Shown piece by piece: positions 26,547 through 38,310 of a stretch of DNA of 64,000 nucleotides. The notes under the pieces are model-generated. The model was not told where the DNA came from, did not search any database, and saw nothing but the letters and a program-made list of their open reading frames with translations. The translations under genes and the position numbers were made by a program. Numbering within the stretch: position 1 is the first letter of the stretch; the number at the start of each line of letters is the position of its first letter. The stretch comes from Anthoceros angustus (taxonomy: Eukaryota; Plantae; Anthocerotophyta). The stretch spans positions 1,353,478-1,417,477 of the forward strand of contig MU008154.1 of assembly GCA_010909165.1 (NCBI GenBank). Direction: 5' to 3'.

Positions 26547-28903
26547 ATGGCGCGTACAAGAAGAGTATGTTGCGAATTCTGCTTCCTGGGCTTGTCGACT
26601 CTCCTACAATTCCAGCTCCCTAGGGTTGGCACAGAGCGATCCTCTCACTACTGAGCTACCTTCTGAGTTGGTATGTTGATCCTGTTGTGCAGAAAAAGAA
26701 GCGCACTCAGGACCAGCTTCGGGACACTCAGGCTCCAAATCCGACTGACAAGACGGTCCCCAAAAGTTTTGTCTTGGCAAGGGGAAAGATTCCGCATCTT
26801 CTCAGACAGCTGCGTCAGGACCTTCGGAAATTGATGATGCCCAACACAGCTCTAAACCTCAAAGTTCGTTTTCGTCATTCTGACTCTCGTGTTTTGATGG
26901 ATTGTGTGCTATGGGACACCGCTTTGGGACACTTCGAATTTTGACTGTGGTTTCCGGTGGAAGCAGGAGTCGAACAAGAACAACTTGAAGGATTTTGTGC
27001 ATGTGGCCGGTCCTCTAGGAGTGTCTCATTTTATGATCCTGTCATGCACCAAGGAGGCGCCGTATCTGCGGGTGGCAAGAGCTCCACATGGTCCCACGCT
27101 GACCTTCAAGATTCATTCCTACTCGTTGGCAGCAGATGTTGCCAATGCCCAAATTAGGCCCAGGGCCCCTCCTGCCATTTTCAAGACCACTCCTCTGGTA
27201 TGTGTCTCCTGGAATGAGGGTGTTTGATGGTGGATTGTTGCCGATGTTGATGGTGACCGAAGTTTTATTTCTTAATTGGAAGAGTTAGTTTGCGTCCATG
27301 CACACTTGTTGAAGTGGGCTGCTCTTGTAGGTAGTGCTCAATGGCTTTAAGTCGGACGTGGAGCAGTTGAAGCTTGTTACCATCATGTTCCAGAACCTGT
27401 TCCCGCCTATTGACATTCGAACTGTAAACTTTCTGGCCACCACTGTATCAGAAGCATGCAGCAGCTCCAAGTTTTTGTGCTCAAACCCTTTTCTTACTAG
27501 ATACTGGATGCAGGTCAAACTGGCAACCTGCCAGAGGGTGTTGCTTCTGAACTACGATGAGGAAACGAGATGCATAGATTTCCGACACTATTCCATATCG
27601 GCTCAACCTGTGGGGGTGACTCGCACCGTCCGGAAACTTGTCCAGAGGAAATCTATTCCCAATCTGAGCGGGATGAGTGACATCAGTGAGTTTCTCACAA
27701 AGTAAGGTGTCTTTCTTTGCTCCTCTTGATGATGGATACAGGATAGGGGCCTGTATGGTAACAGAGCTGAGCTCGGAGGCAGCTTCCAAGCAACATGAGT
27801 CTTTGCTGGACTTGCAGATCATGACACCTTCTTCAGAGATCACTTAACACGTGTGTCCTTTTGGGTCAGGGATTGAAGTATTATGGATAGCATAGTAATA
27901 GTGTTGTTTAACTGTCATAAAGAGTCAATGTGGTGGTTTGTCATAGAATAGTTGAAACCTGTGCAGGCCAGGGTACGGCTCTGAGAGTGAGGCAGAAGAT
28001 GAAGCAGCAAGAGTAATTCTTCCTGATCACTACGGAAAAGGAAATGTTCCTTCCAACAAAAGTGCGGTGAAGCTCCATGAGATTGGTCCTCGGATGACCC
28101 TTCAATTGGTCAAGGTTGAAGAGGGTCTTTGTGCAGGAGCAGTCATGTTTCACGAATATGGTATGCCTTGCTCTCCTGCTGTGATCTGTATGCTCGCTTG
28201 TTCCGGCATGACTGAATTATTTTGGTCCTGTATAATATTTTTTGTAAACAGTCAAAAAGACATCCGAAGAAATTGCTGCACTACGGGATGCTGTGGAGAA
28301 AAGGGAAGCTCTTCGCAAGCAGCGAAAGGCAGAACAAGAGGCCAATGTGAAGCGAAAGGAGTAAGTTTCTCATCTTTTTCGTTTGTTTCTGGAAATAACG
28401 TTGAGCAAACATTCTTATTACGAGGTTGTAACACTATTTCATCTCAAATGCTCAGATTAGAGAGGCAAAAGCGGAAAAGGAAGAAGCCAGACTACAATGA
28501 GCCAGAACAGAAGGAAGCGGAGGAGGATGTTGATGAAGCTGATGCTGAGGCTGAGGCTGATTCCGAAAATGAGGCTCAGAAAGTGGACGACGAGGAAGAT
28601 GACGATGCAGAATGGTACCGCAAGGAAGTTGGGCAGGAACCAGATGAAGGTAATCTGCAGCTTTCTGTTGTCAGTTCTTGTCCTGACCAGCTGGATCTGC
28701 TTGGTTTGATGTCTTCACTCATACGTGCAGGCTTTGTGGCTGGAGCAAGGCCGAATGGGACCTTCTCAAATCGGTTTGGTAGGAGAGGTAGAGGTGGACG
28801 GGGTAGAGGTGGAAGGGGCAGGGGCAGGGGCGGGGGACGTCGAAGCGAAGGCGAACACAAGCGTTCAAGAACCGACAATGGGCGGAATCACCGTACTCAG
28901 TAG
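26547..28903 (+). CDS. PPAN: Peter Pan-like (Ssf1/Brix domain) ribosome biogenesis protein, copy A, apparently intact, multi-exon
   Basis: MARTRR exon, then PKSFVLARGKIP...DLRKLMMPNTALNLK, DFVHVAGPLGVSHF, GPTLTFKI, TCQRVLLLNY...IDFRHYSI, GYGSESE, VKLHEIGPRMTLQLVKVEEG; acidic and RGG-rich C-terminus; GT-AG introns. Confidence 0.92.
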
Positions 28904-29280
28904 GCAGACTGATTAATTTGTAATCACACCCGAGGCGGGCATCTCTCCGCCCGGCCAGTTGTCCATTTTTTGTACTTCAACCTAGCAAGCCCTCTTTGTA
29001 CCATCTCTTATGTGAAAGAGCCAGCGTATCGGTTGCAACTCTACTGCTGAAGATTCGAGCGGACAAACGGAATCACAAGAGTGCTAGTACTCAAGAGCTT
29101 AAAGAACAGCAGAATCCGCTTGACAAAACGTCTGCGCGACTCAACCTACCGTTGCAATTCACACAATAGTGCAACAAGACGATTTACTGTCACATGATCA
29201 AATGACATGTGGCCGTTCCTAATCAATGTTCCAAAACATCTGCCAAAATTTCATCCAACAGGTACAGAAGACTGCACCCT

Positions 29281-30093
29281 CTACCGCTTCTTCGACACTC
29301 CGACAGTTCTTCCACGTCTTCCAGTGGTCTTCGTGTGTTGTCCACGCACGCGCAGGCCCCAGTAGTGGCGAAGACCACGGTGATTCCTGCACATAGTATA
29401 ACGACCATAACACAATGAACAAACCATAATCCAACGTACATGGATTACTAAAACATTAAACAATCAAGCATCACAGGGAGGCACAATTCGGTCCATAGGA
29501 TTGCAGGAAACTGACCTGATCTTCTTGAGGCGCTCCAGGTCATCCCTGAGCTTCATGTCCAGAGCGTTGGACACCACCTGAGAGTATCGGCCGTCCTTGT
29601 GGTCCTTCTTCCTGTTGAGGAACCAGTCGGGAATTTTGAACTGCCTGGGGTTACCGACAATAACCATGAGGCTCTCCAATTCAGCCGCTGTGAGTTCACC
29701 AGCCCTGCAGAAATGAGCCAAGTGAGCTGAGAAGTACAAGACATCGAATTCCTGTACAGAGTGCTACACGGCGAGGGCACCATAGATCTGAAACCCTACT
29801 CCACAACCAGCGTCACTCGCTGCCTGATCAACCCCTCACCTCTTGCTCATGTCCACATCCGCCTTCTTGCAGACGAGATTGGCGAATCGCCGCCCCACTC
29901 CCTTGATAGAGGTCAGGGCAAACATAATCTTCTGTCTTCCATCAACGTTCGTGTTCAGCACACGAAGGATGTGCTGGAAATCTTCATTCGAAACCAGAGA
30001 CTGAGACGGCCAGCAGGGCGTTAGCGCACAGCACAATGGCACAGAAAACAAGATCACCTCACAGACTTCATTCACAGACGCGGCACGCACCAT
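29281..30093 (-). CDS. RPS18: 40S ribosomal protein S18 (uS13), copy A; 4 exons with ATG-only first exon; native promoter replaced
   Basis: [38 protein letters not shown]...[10 protein letters not shown]...[14 protein letters not shown]...[33 protein letters not shown]-stop; splice sites intact. Confidence 0.95.
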
Positions 30094-30181
30094 CTTGTCC
30101 GGGGGCTGGCAGGGACGCGAAACCGCTGCAGATCCGAGAACGCGGATTCTGTTGTTTTTTTAGGTCTTGAGTATTGGCACT

Positions 30182-30414
30182 CCTTGTTGAACTAGCACCA
30201 ACAATGGAAACAGGTGAGATGGTAGATTTACGGCCTTCCCACTTCAGCTTGTCTGGAGGCGGAGACAAACGATCCTCAGCGGGCTCGAGTGCTCTGAACC
30301 TACGGCCCCTGCGGATTAGGCCTGAAGTCCAGATGGCCTCTGCAGGATCAAATCCGAGAACAGAAGGGGAAGGTTTGCTTCTGCTTCGACTTGGGATCCT
30401 GCCTCTCTGGTCAT
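30182..30414 (-). pseudogene. 5' fragment of the MAN1-like gene (duplicate) with an early 4-nt indel
   Basis: Matches 26020-26256. CTTCGTATGGATCC in A is CTTGGGATCC in B, giving a 32-aa ORF (ATG 30414, TAA 30318-30316). Confidence 0.85.
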
Positions 30415-30703
30415 TTGGTAGCTGGAAATAGAATCTCCCACAAGCTTCTTTTCATTTGGAGGTTGTTCACACCAGCTCTGATAATACATTCAGCTCTCTC
30501 TCACGGGATGATGCTTCACAGCGAACCTTTCCTTCTCCTTGGATTTCACGATTTGCTCTTGCTGCAACGCCCGACGAGGTTGGTTTTAGGTTATCTCCAC
30601 GGAGGTTTAGATCAACGAAGAGCGCTACATAGTCTGCGAAGTTGGGCACTTGAATTCCTCGAAACCCAACAAGCTTTGATCGTGCCCGTGTTTCATCTTT
30701 GTA

Positions 30704-32957
30704 ATGGCGCGTACAAGAAGAGTATGTTGCGAATTCTGCCTCCCGGGCTTGTCAATTCTCCTACAATTCCAGCTCCCTAGGGTTGGCACAGAGCGATCCC
30801 CTCACTACTGAGCTACCTTCTGAGTTGGTATTTTGATCCTGTTGTGCAGAACAAGAAGCGCACTCGGGACCAGCTTTGGGACACTCAGGCTCCAAATCCG
30901 ACTGACAAGACGGTCCCCAAAAGTTTTGTCTTGGCAAGGGGGAAGATTCCGCATCTCCTCGGACGGCTGCTTCAGGACCTCCGGGAATTAATGATGCCCA
31001 ACACAGCTCTAAACCTCAAAGTTCGTTTTCGTCATTCTGACTCTCGTGTTTTGATGGATTGTGTGCTATGGGACACCGCTTTGGGACACTTCGAATTTTG
31101 ACTGTGGTTTCCGGTGGAAGCAGGAGTCGAACAAGAACAACTTGAAGGATTTTGTGCATGTGGCCGGTCCTCTAGGAGTGTCTCATTTTATGATTCTGTC
31201 ATGCACCAAGGAGGCACCGTATCTGCGGGTGGCAAGAGCTCCACATGGTCCCACGCTGACCTTCAAGATTCATTCCTACTCGTTGGCTGCAGATGTTGCC
31301 AATGCCCAAATTAGGCCCAGGGCCCCTCCTGCCATTTTCAAGACCACTCCTCTGGTATGTGTCTCCTGGAATGAGGGTGTTTGATGGTGGATTGTTGCCG
31401 ATGTTGATGGTGAACGGAAGTTTTATGGCGGAATTGGAAGAGCTAGTTTTCGTCCATCCACACTTGTTAAGTGGGCTACTCTTGTAGGTAGTGCTCAATG
31501 GCTTTAAGTCGGACGTGGAGCAGTTGAAGCTTGTTGCCATCTTGTTTCAGAACCTGTTCCCGCCTATTGACATTCGAACTGTAAACTTTCTGGCCACCAC
31601 TGTATCAGAAGCATACAGCAGCTCCAAGTTTTTGTGCTCAAACCCCTTTCTGACTAGATACTGGATGCAGGTCAAATTGGCAACCTGCCAGAGAGTGTTG
31701 CTTCTGAACTACGATGAGGAAATGAGATGCATAGATTTCCGACACTATTCCATATCGGCTCAACCTGTGGGGGTGACTCGCACCGTCCGGAAACTTGTCC
31801 AGAGGAAATCTATTCCCAATCTGAGCGGGACGAGTGACATCAGTGAGTTTCTCACAAAGTAAGGTGTCTTTCTTTGCCCCTCTTGATGATGGATACAGGA
31901 TAGGGGCCTGTATGGTAACAGAGCTGCGCTCGGAGGCAGCTTCCAAGCAACATGAGTCTTTGCTGGACTTGCAGATCATGACACCTTCTTCAGAGATCAC
32001 TTAACACGTGTGTCCTTTTGGGTCAGGGATTGAAGTATTATGGATAGCATAGTAATAGTGTTGTTTTACTGTCATAAAGAGTCAATGTGGTGGTTTCTCA
32101 TAGAGTAGTTGAAACCTGTGCAGGCCAGGGTACGGCTCTGAGAGTGACGGTGAAGCTCCATGAGATTGGTCCTCGGATGACCCTTTAATTGGTCAAGGTT
32201 GAAGAGGGTCTTTGTGCAGGAGCAGTCTTGTTTCATGAATATGGTATGCCTCACTCTCCTGCTGTGATCTGTATGCTTGTTCCGGCATGACTGAATAACT
32301 TTGGTCCTGTATAATATTTTTGGTAAAGATCAAAAAGACTTCCGAAGAAATTGCTGCACTACGGGATGCTGTGGAGAAAAGGGAAGCTCTTCGCAAGCAG
32401 CGGAAGGCAGAACGAGAGGCCAATGTGAAGCGATACGAGTAAGTTTCTTATCTTTTTCGTTTGTTTCTGGAAATAACGTTGAGCAAACATTCCTATTACG
32501 ATGTTGTAACACCATTTCATCTCAAATGCACAGATTAGAGAGGCAAAAGCGGAAAAGGAAGAAGCCAAACTACAAGACTCAGAAAGTGGACGACGAGGAA
32601 GAAGAAGATGCAGAATGGTACCGCAAGGAAGTTGGGCAGGAACCAGATGAAGGTAATCTGCAGCTTTCTGTTGTCAGTTCTTGTCTTGACCAGCTGGAGC
32701 TGCTTGGTTGATGGTTTTCACTCGTACATGTAGGTTTGGTGGCTGGAGCCAGGCCGAATGGAACCTTCTCAAATCGGTTTGGTAGGAGAGGAATAGGTGG
32801 AAGGGGTGGAGGTGCAAGGGGTGGAGGTGGGAGGGGTAGTGGTGGAAGGGGTAGAGGTGGAAGGGGTAGTGGTGGAAGGGGTAGTGATGGAAGGGGTGGA
32901 GGTGGAAGGGGTGGTAATGGAAGGGGTAGTGGTGGAGGGCAGGAGCGGGGGACGTAG
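30704..32957 (+). pseudogene. PPAN: PPAN copy B, frameshifted
   Basis: 74-bp deletion at 32147/32148 (A 27991-28064) inside the GYGSESE exon; 75-nt deletion of the acidic tract near 32575; missense changes; expanded RGG tail. Confidence 0.85.
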
Positions 32958-33385
32958 AAGCGAAGGCGAGCATAAGCGTCCAAGGCTGACAATGGGCGGA
33001 ATCACCGCACGCAGTAGGCAGACTGATCAATTTCCAATCACACCCGTGGCGGGCAGCTCTCCGCCCGGCCGGTTGTCCATTTTTGTACTTCAACCTAGCA
33101 AGCCCCTCTTTGTATCATCGCTTATAGTAAAGAGCCAGCGTAACTCTACTACTGAAAATCCAAGCGGACAAACAGAATCACAAGAGTGCTGACACTCAAG
33201 AATTTAAAGAAGAACAGAATCCGCTTGACAAAACGTCTGCGCGACTCAGCCTACCATTGCAATTCACACAATGGTGCAACAACACGTTTTACTGTCACAT
33301 GATCAAATGACATGTGGCCGTTCCTAATCAATGTTCCAAAACATCTGCCAAAATTTCATCCAACAGGTACAGAAGACTGCACCCT

Positions 33386-34198
<813 letters not shown>

Positions 34199-34561
34199 CT
34201 TGTCCGGGGTCTGCCGGGGACGCGAAGCCGCTGCAGATCCGAGGACGCACCGCAGAAAGCAGCTGGCAGCGGCAGCAAAGGGGTTCGCTACAGAGAGAGA
34301 AGGAGAAAATATACGAAGAAACCCTAACAGAGAGAGGCTGGCAAGGAGTAATCGGGTAACCAGCCTAAGACAAGAGGGAGTATATATAGACTCTATTTGA
34401 CGAGCCCTCGGTATCAGATATGGTGAACCCATCGTTTCTCTCGGTATATTCTGGTTAGGGTTTGTGAAAACCCTAACGAGACGATACCGAGAGACGATGG
34501 GTTCAGAAACTGTGTCGAGACATACTGAAGAGGCGATTTTGAAGGTCCGTCGGCACAGGAT
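34199..34561. promoter_or_regulatory. Probable bidirectional promoter RPS18-B/SCAI with telo-boxes and an 82-nt hairpin
   Basis: AAACCCTAA at 34319-34327 and 34468-34476; TTAGGGTTT at 34455-34463; inverted repeat 34424-34505. Telo-boxes are typical of plant translation-machinery promoters. Confidence 0.7.
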
Positions 34562-36487
34562 ATGGCGTACCCTGCCGGAGCTTCCGGCATCACACCAATA
34601 GAGGAATACCGCGCCCTGGTGGACAAGGCATATAGCAAGTTTTCTCGGCTGCGGGAGTTTCCTCCTTATGGGCGGAACAAATGGGAGTTTTATTTTCACA
34701 AGGCTTTTCAAATCTACTCCAGGCTATGGAGATTTCAGCAAGAGAACCGGCAGAAGCTGGTGGACTCTGGGTTGAAGAGGTGGGAGATAGGCGAGATTGC
34801 TTCCCGGATCGGGCAGCTATACCACAGCTACTATTTGCGGACCAGCGAAGCTACTTTCCTGTGCGAGTCCTACATCTTTTACGAGGCCATTTTGCACCGG
34901 GAGTACTTCAAGGAGACGGGGAAAGATCTGACATTGGCCAACAAGCAGCTGCGTTATTATGCCCGCTTCATCGTCATATGCTTGTTGTTGAACAAGCGGG
35001 ATGCTGTGCAGAATCTGGTGAAGCAGCTGCGCGCTCTGGTGGAGGAGTACTCTGCCGCCTTTCAGGGTAGCGATGGTAAGGAGTGGAAGATCGTGTATCA
35101 GGAGATTGCCAGGTTTCTGAAGGCCGATGCTCCGTGTGAGAATACTCGGCCTTTGAGGTATAGCTTGTTGCTGGACCCGCACCCAAGCTCGTTGCCGTCG
35201 CCTGTGAGCTTGGAAGGACTGGAGCCGCTGAAGTTGCAGGATGCGGTTCTTGCTAGCTATTATCATAATGAGGTGAGGTTCAGCGAGCTGACGCTGGATA
35301 CCTTCAGGATGCTGCAGGCCATAGAATGGGAGCCGAGCGGTGCGTTCTATCGGATGAGGAACTTGGATGCGGCTAATGCCTCAGCTTCGAACGGGACCTT
35401 GCCTCCTCCGCACAGGGTGGATGACATCACTGATCCCAGTTTGCCTGCGAATCCGCACAAGTATATTCTCTACCGTCCGACTGTACCACAGCTCCTGATT
35501 GTACTAGCTACAGCTGTGGAGGAGCTCTCATCCAATTCTATCCTCCTCCTCTACTTGTCGGCTTCTGGAAAGGCAGCGAAAGGGTCTGCTTCGCACCCGA
35601 CGTCTTTTTCGAACTCCTCGAGCAGCTTGAGTAATTTGTCACACGATGTCGTCGCTGAGGAGGTTGTGGTTGAGCGGAAGGATGTGGCTGAGAACAGGGA
35701 TAGCCACGTGAAGGGAGCTGCTGCGGGCGGTTTGGTTGACGGGATATGGCTCGGGTCACGTAGAAATCCTTCCCTGAACTATCTGTACCCCAGTGATATT
35801 CTCCCCTTCACAAGGAGGCCTCTGTTTGTCATCATCGACAGTGACAACAGTTCTGTTTTTGAGAAAATCAACGGCGAGGAGAGAGGAGAACCGGCCTTGC
35901 TACTGCTGTCTCCTACCATCCAACCTTCTGATGACAGAGGATCATTGGCATCTTCACTTGGGAGCGGGAGTCTGTTCACCTTCTTTCTCACTGCACCCCT
36001 GCTGGCTTTCTTACGGCTTCTGGGCATCTCCATCGGTCAATTGTCACAGGCCACGTACGAACAATTGGAGAAGACTATTCAATCTGTGTTTGCCGAGTGG
36101 GGAGAGATTCTTGCAACGTCGACAAGCATCAATATCCTGTGGGCTCGTATCCTGCTAGACCCTTTCCTCAGGCAGCTGGTTCTCAGGTTTGTCTTCTGTC
36201 GAGCTTGTTTCTCCCTGCATACAAGTTCTCGGGACGGGCCTGAATACATTCCCCGATGTCTGCCACCATTGCCGGAGGAGTTGATACCCCGCTCGAACGC
36301 TGTGGAAGCTGGCTTGTTGGAACTATCCCAGAGTCTTGGAATGGCAGAGCAATTCACGTTTTCCGCGGCCACTGAGGCAGATCCAGCACCGGGCCCAGCT
36401 GTTGCCAGCAATGGAAGTATGGCAGAGGATCAGATGATTGAAAAGAAGTTGTCTGACCTTGGAGTAACCAGGAAGGACGTAAGATAG
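34562..36487 (+). CDS. SCAI: Protein SCAI homolog (single exon, 641 aa)
   Basis: [36 protein letters not shown]...YLRTSE; [12 protein letters not shown]; [34 protein letters not shown]; [11 protein letters not shown]; [16 protein letters not shown]. Confidence 0.93.
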   Translation: MAYPAGASGITPIEEYRALVDKAYSKFSRLREFPPYGRNKWEFYFHKAFQIYSRLWRFQQENRQKLVDSGLKRWEIGEIASRIGQLYHSYYLRTSEATFLCESYIFYEAILHREYFKETGKDLTLANKQLRYYARFIVICLLLNKRDAVQNLVKQLRALVEEYSAAFQGSDGKEWKIVYQEIARFLKADAPCENTRPLRYSLLLDPHPSSLPSPVSLEGLEPLKLQDAVLASYYHNEVRFSELTLDTFRMLQAIEWEPSGAFYRMRNLDAANASASNGTLPPPHRVDDITDPSLPANPHKYILYRPTVPQLLIVLATAVEELSSNSILLLYLSASGKAAKGSASHPTSFSNSSSSLSNLSHDVVAEEVVVERKDVAENRDSHVKGAAAGGLVDGIWLGSRRNPSLNYLYPSDILPFTRRPLFVIIDSDNSSVFEKINGEERGEPALLLLSPTIQPSDDRGSLASSLGSGSLFTFFLTAPLLAFLRLLGISIGQLSQATYEQLEKTIQSVFAEWGEILATSTSINILWARILLDPFLRQLVLRFVFCRACFSLHTSSRDGPEYIPRCLPPLPEELIPRSNAVEAGLLELSQSLGMAEQFTFSAATEADPAPGPAVASNGSMAEDQMIEKKLSDLGVTRKDVR

Positions 36488-38310
36488 CAATGCTGCCTGC
36501 AGTCTTGTAACTCGCCCACAATTACCATCCATTGTTAAAAGATGTTCAGTTCGCGGGGGCTCATTGGGAGCTCTGCTCGTGATAGTGATCAGCCGCATTT
36601 CACTCTACTGGATTCGACAAGTGGACAACTGTGATGATTTCAAGCAAGGCAGCAAGTTTACTGGAAGTGTGATTTGGGTTGTCCTTGCTGGATTGGTCGT
36701 CATCGCCGCCTGTGGATTGGTAAGCCACTCTTTGATTTGACCTAGTGAAGTCTTCAAGGCTGGACATAATGTGAAGCGATACAAGGCTGGAGCTCTGATA
36801 TCTGGCTTCGGTGACCAGTTCCGGAAGATATGTTTCACCAGGCGGAACCACGCTTAGATTTGGACGTGGTGAACACCTTTATCCCTTTTGGGTGGTGCCA
36901 TTTCAGCACCCCTGCTATCGGCGAAGGCAGTTTGAGGCCAGCAACATAATTGTTTGAACATAATGTAATAAATTTATTAATAGGTAGATAGAAATTTGTA
37001 GGTACTAAGCATCCGGACACTATGCGGCACTGTCTACATGGTTATATTTCAATTAGCTTTTTATATACATAGTATCAGATTAGGTATATAATTTGTTATT
37101 CTACTAAGGTATATTTATACGTCATTAATCTTCATGTGCTAAAGTTAATCTATTAATTTAAATTTACTTTATATAGTGAATTTAATTGTGCATTTAATTT
37201 AGAGTAGGTATACCATAACCCCGTAGGGCTTCATACAACAGGTGGCTGTCGCGCCACAGCTGCATAGCGGGCATGGCACCGAAAGTTTCACATCCAAGCA
37301 ATCACCCACCCTAAACCAAACCTAACACACTGTCTCAAGCAAAACCCGTGAACAATAAATGACGGTTCTAAGTTAAACACTGAAATGGCAAAAATCGATT
37401 GTGTCCCCTTTGGGCTTATCTGTCGACACTCCCTTTTCTTCCAAGAGCCTCACATCCACCGCCACCACGGGAGCTGTATGGTTGTCCTTCCTACCGAACA
37501 AACATCAGCAATCCGCCTCTCCCCGCGGATTGTTGCCCTTTTGATGCCCCCGCTTGGCGCCGTCCGCGATTAATCAGGCGATCACTTAGGGAGAGACGGC
37601 ACTGGATTCCGCGAGCGAAATCTCGCCGTAATTACACACGGCTTGGCGCCTCATGCTTGGCTTCCGGCTACTTGCCGATCTTTGGTCGGCCACCGCCAAG
37701 CTGCCGGTTGCTCCTCGGCCTGCGCTCCTAACACTCCTAACACTACCGCTGCTCATTACTCAGTACTGTACTAGCCCCGCATCACCACCGGCCTTGACAA
37801 GTACACAGGTCCCATGAACCTGTAGTGATCGGTGGTCCGGTGAGATTGCCCACAATTGAAGCCCGACAGACGGTGCATTGGCATGTGCTTGGCGATCAAG
37901 AGCGCCACACATCACCAAGATGCCTCCACAGCCTTGCAACATCGACGGTGACACACGGTCTTGCTGGCCCTAAGTTGCGAGCTGGCCAGCCTTGCAACTT
38001 TGGTGAGCAGCTCAGTGGGCGCTCACGCTGCCTTTTTCCGTGCCTCCGGCGCAACCACAATTGTTCTCTTTTCACCCCCAGCAACTCACAGACTCTATGC
38101 CTTGCGGACTGAGCCCTTGATCAACTGCCCGCTGCCCTAGGCACCTGCAGCCGTCACACACCTCATCGTTAGTCACGCTTCGCCCACGCGATTTCCAATT
38201 CCCCTTTGCCTCTGTTTGCGTGCAGTGTCGCCACGCTCCTGCTCCGGATCACTCCGCCCCACGCTCTCGCTACTTGCGTGTCGGTGCTGTACGTAAAACG
38301 CACACGGGCT

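Noticed and set aside
27722-27780. Box C/D snoRNA candidate in the long PPAN intron (TGATGA at ~27727, CTGA at ~27766)
   Set aside because: Only ~45 nt between the boxes, a weak terminal stem, and no rRNA complement that I can verify.
37200-38310. 3' LTR and PPT of the DNMT-Gypsy element
   Set aside because: No matching second LTR or clear TG...CA ends and PPT in the window; boundaries cannot be supported.
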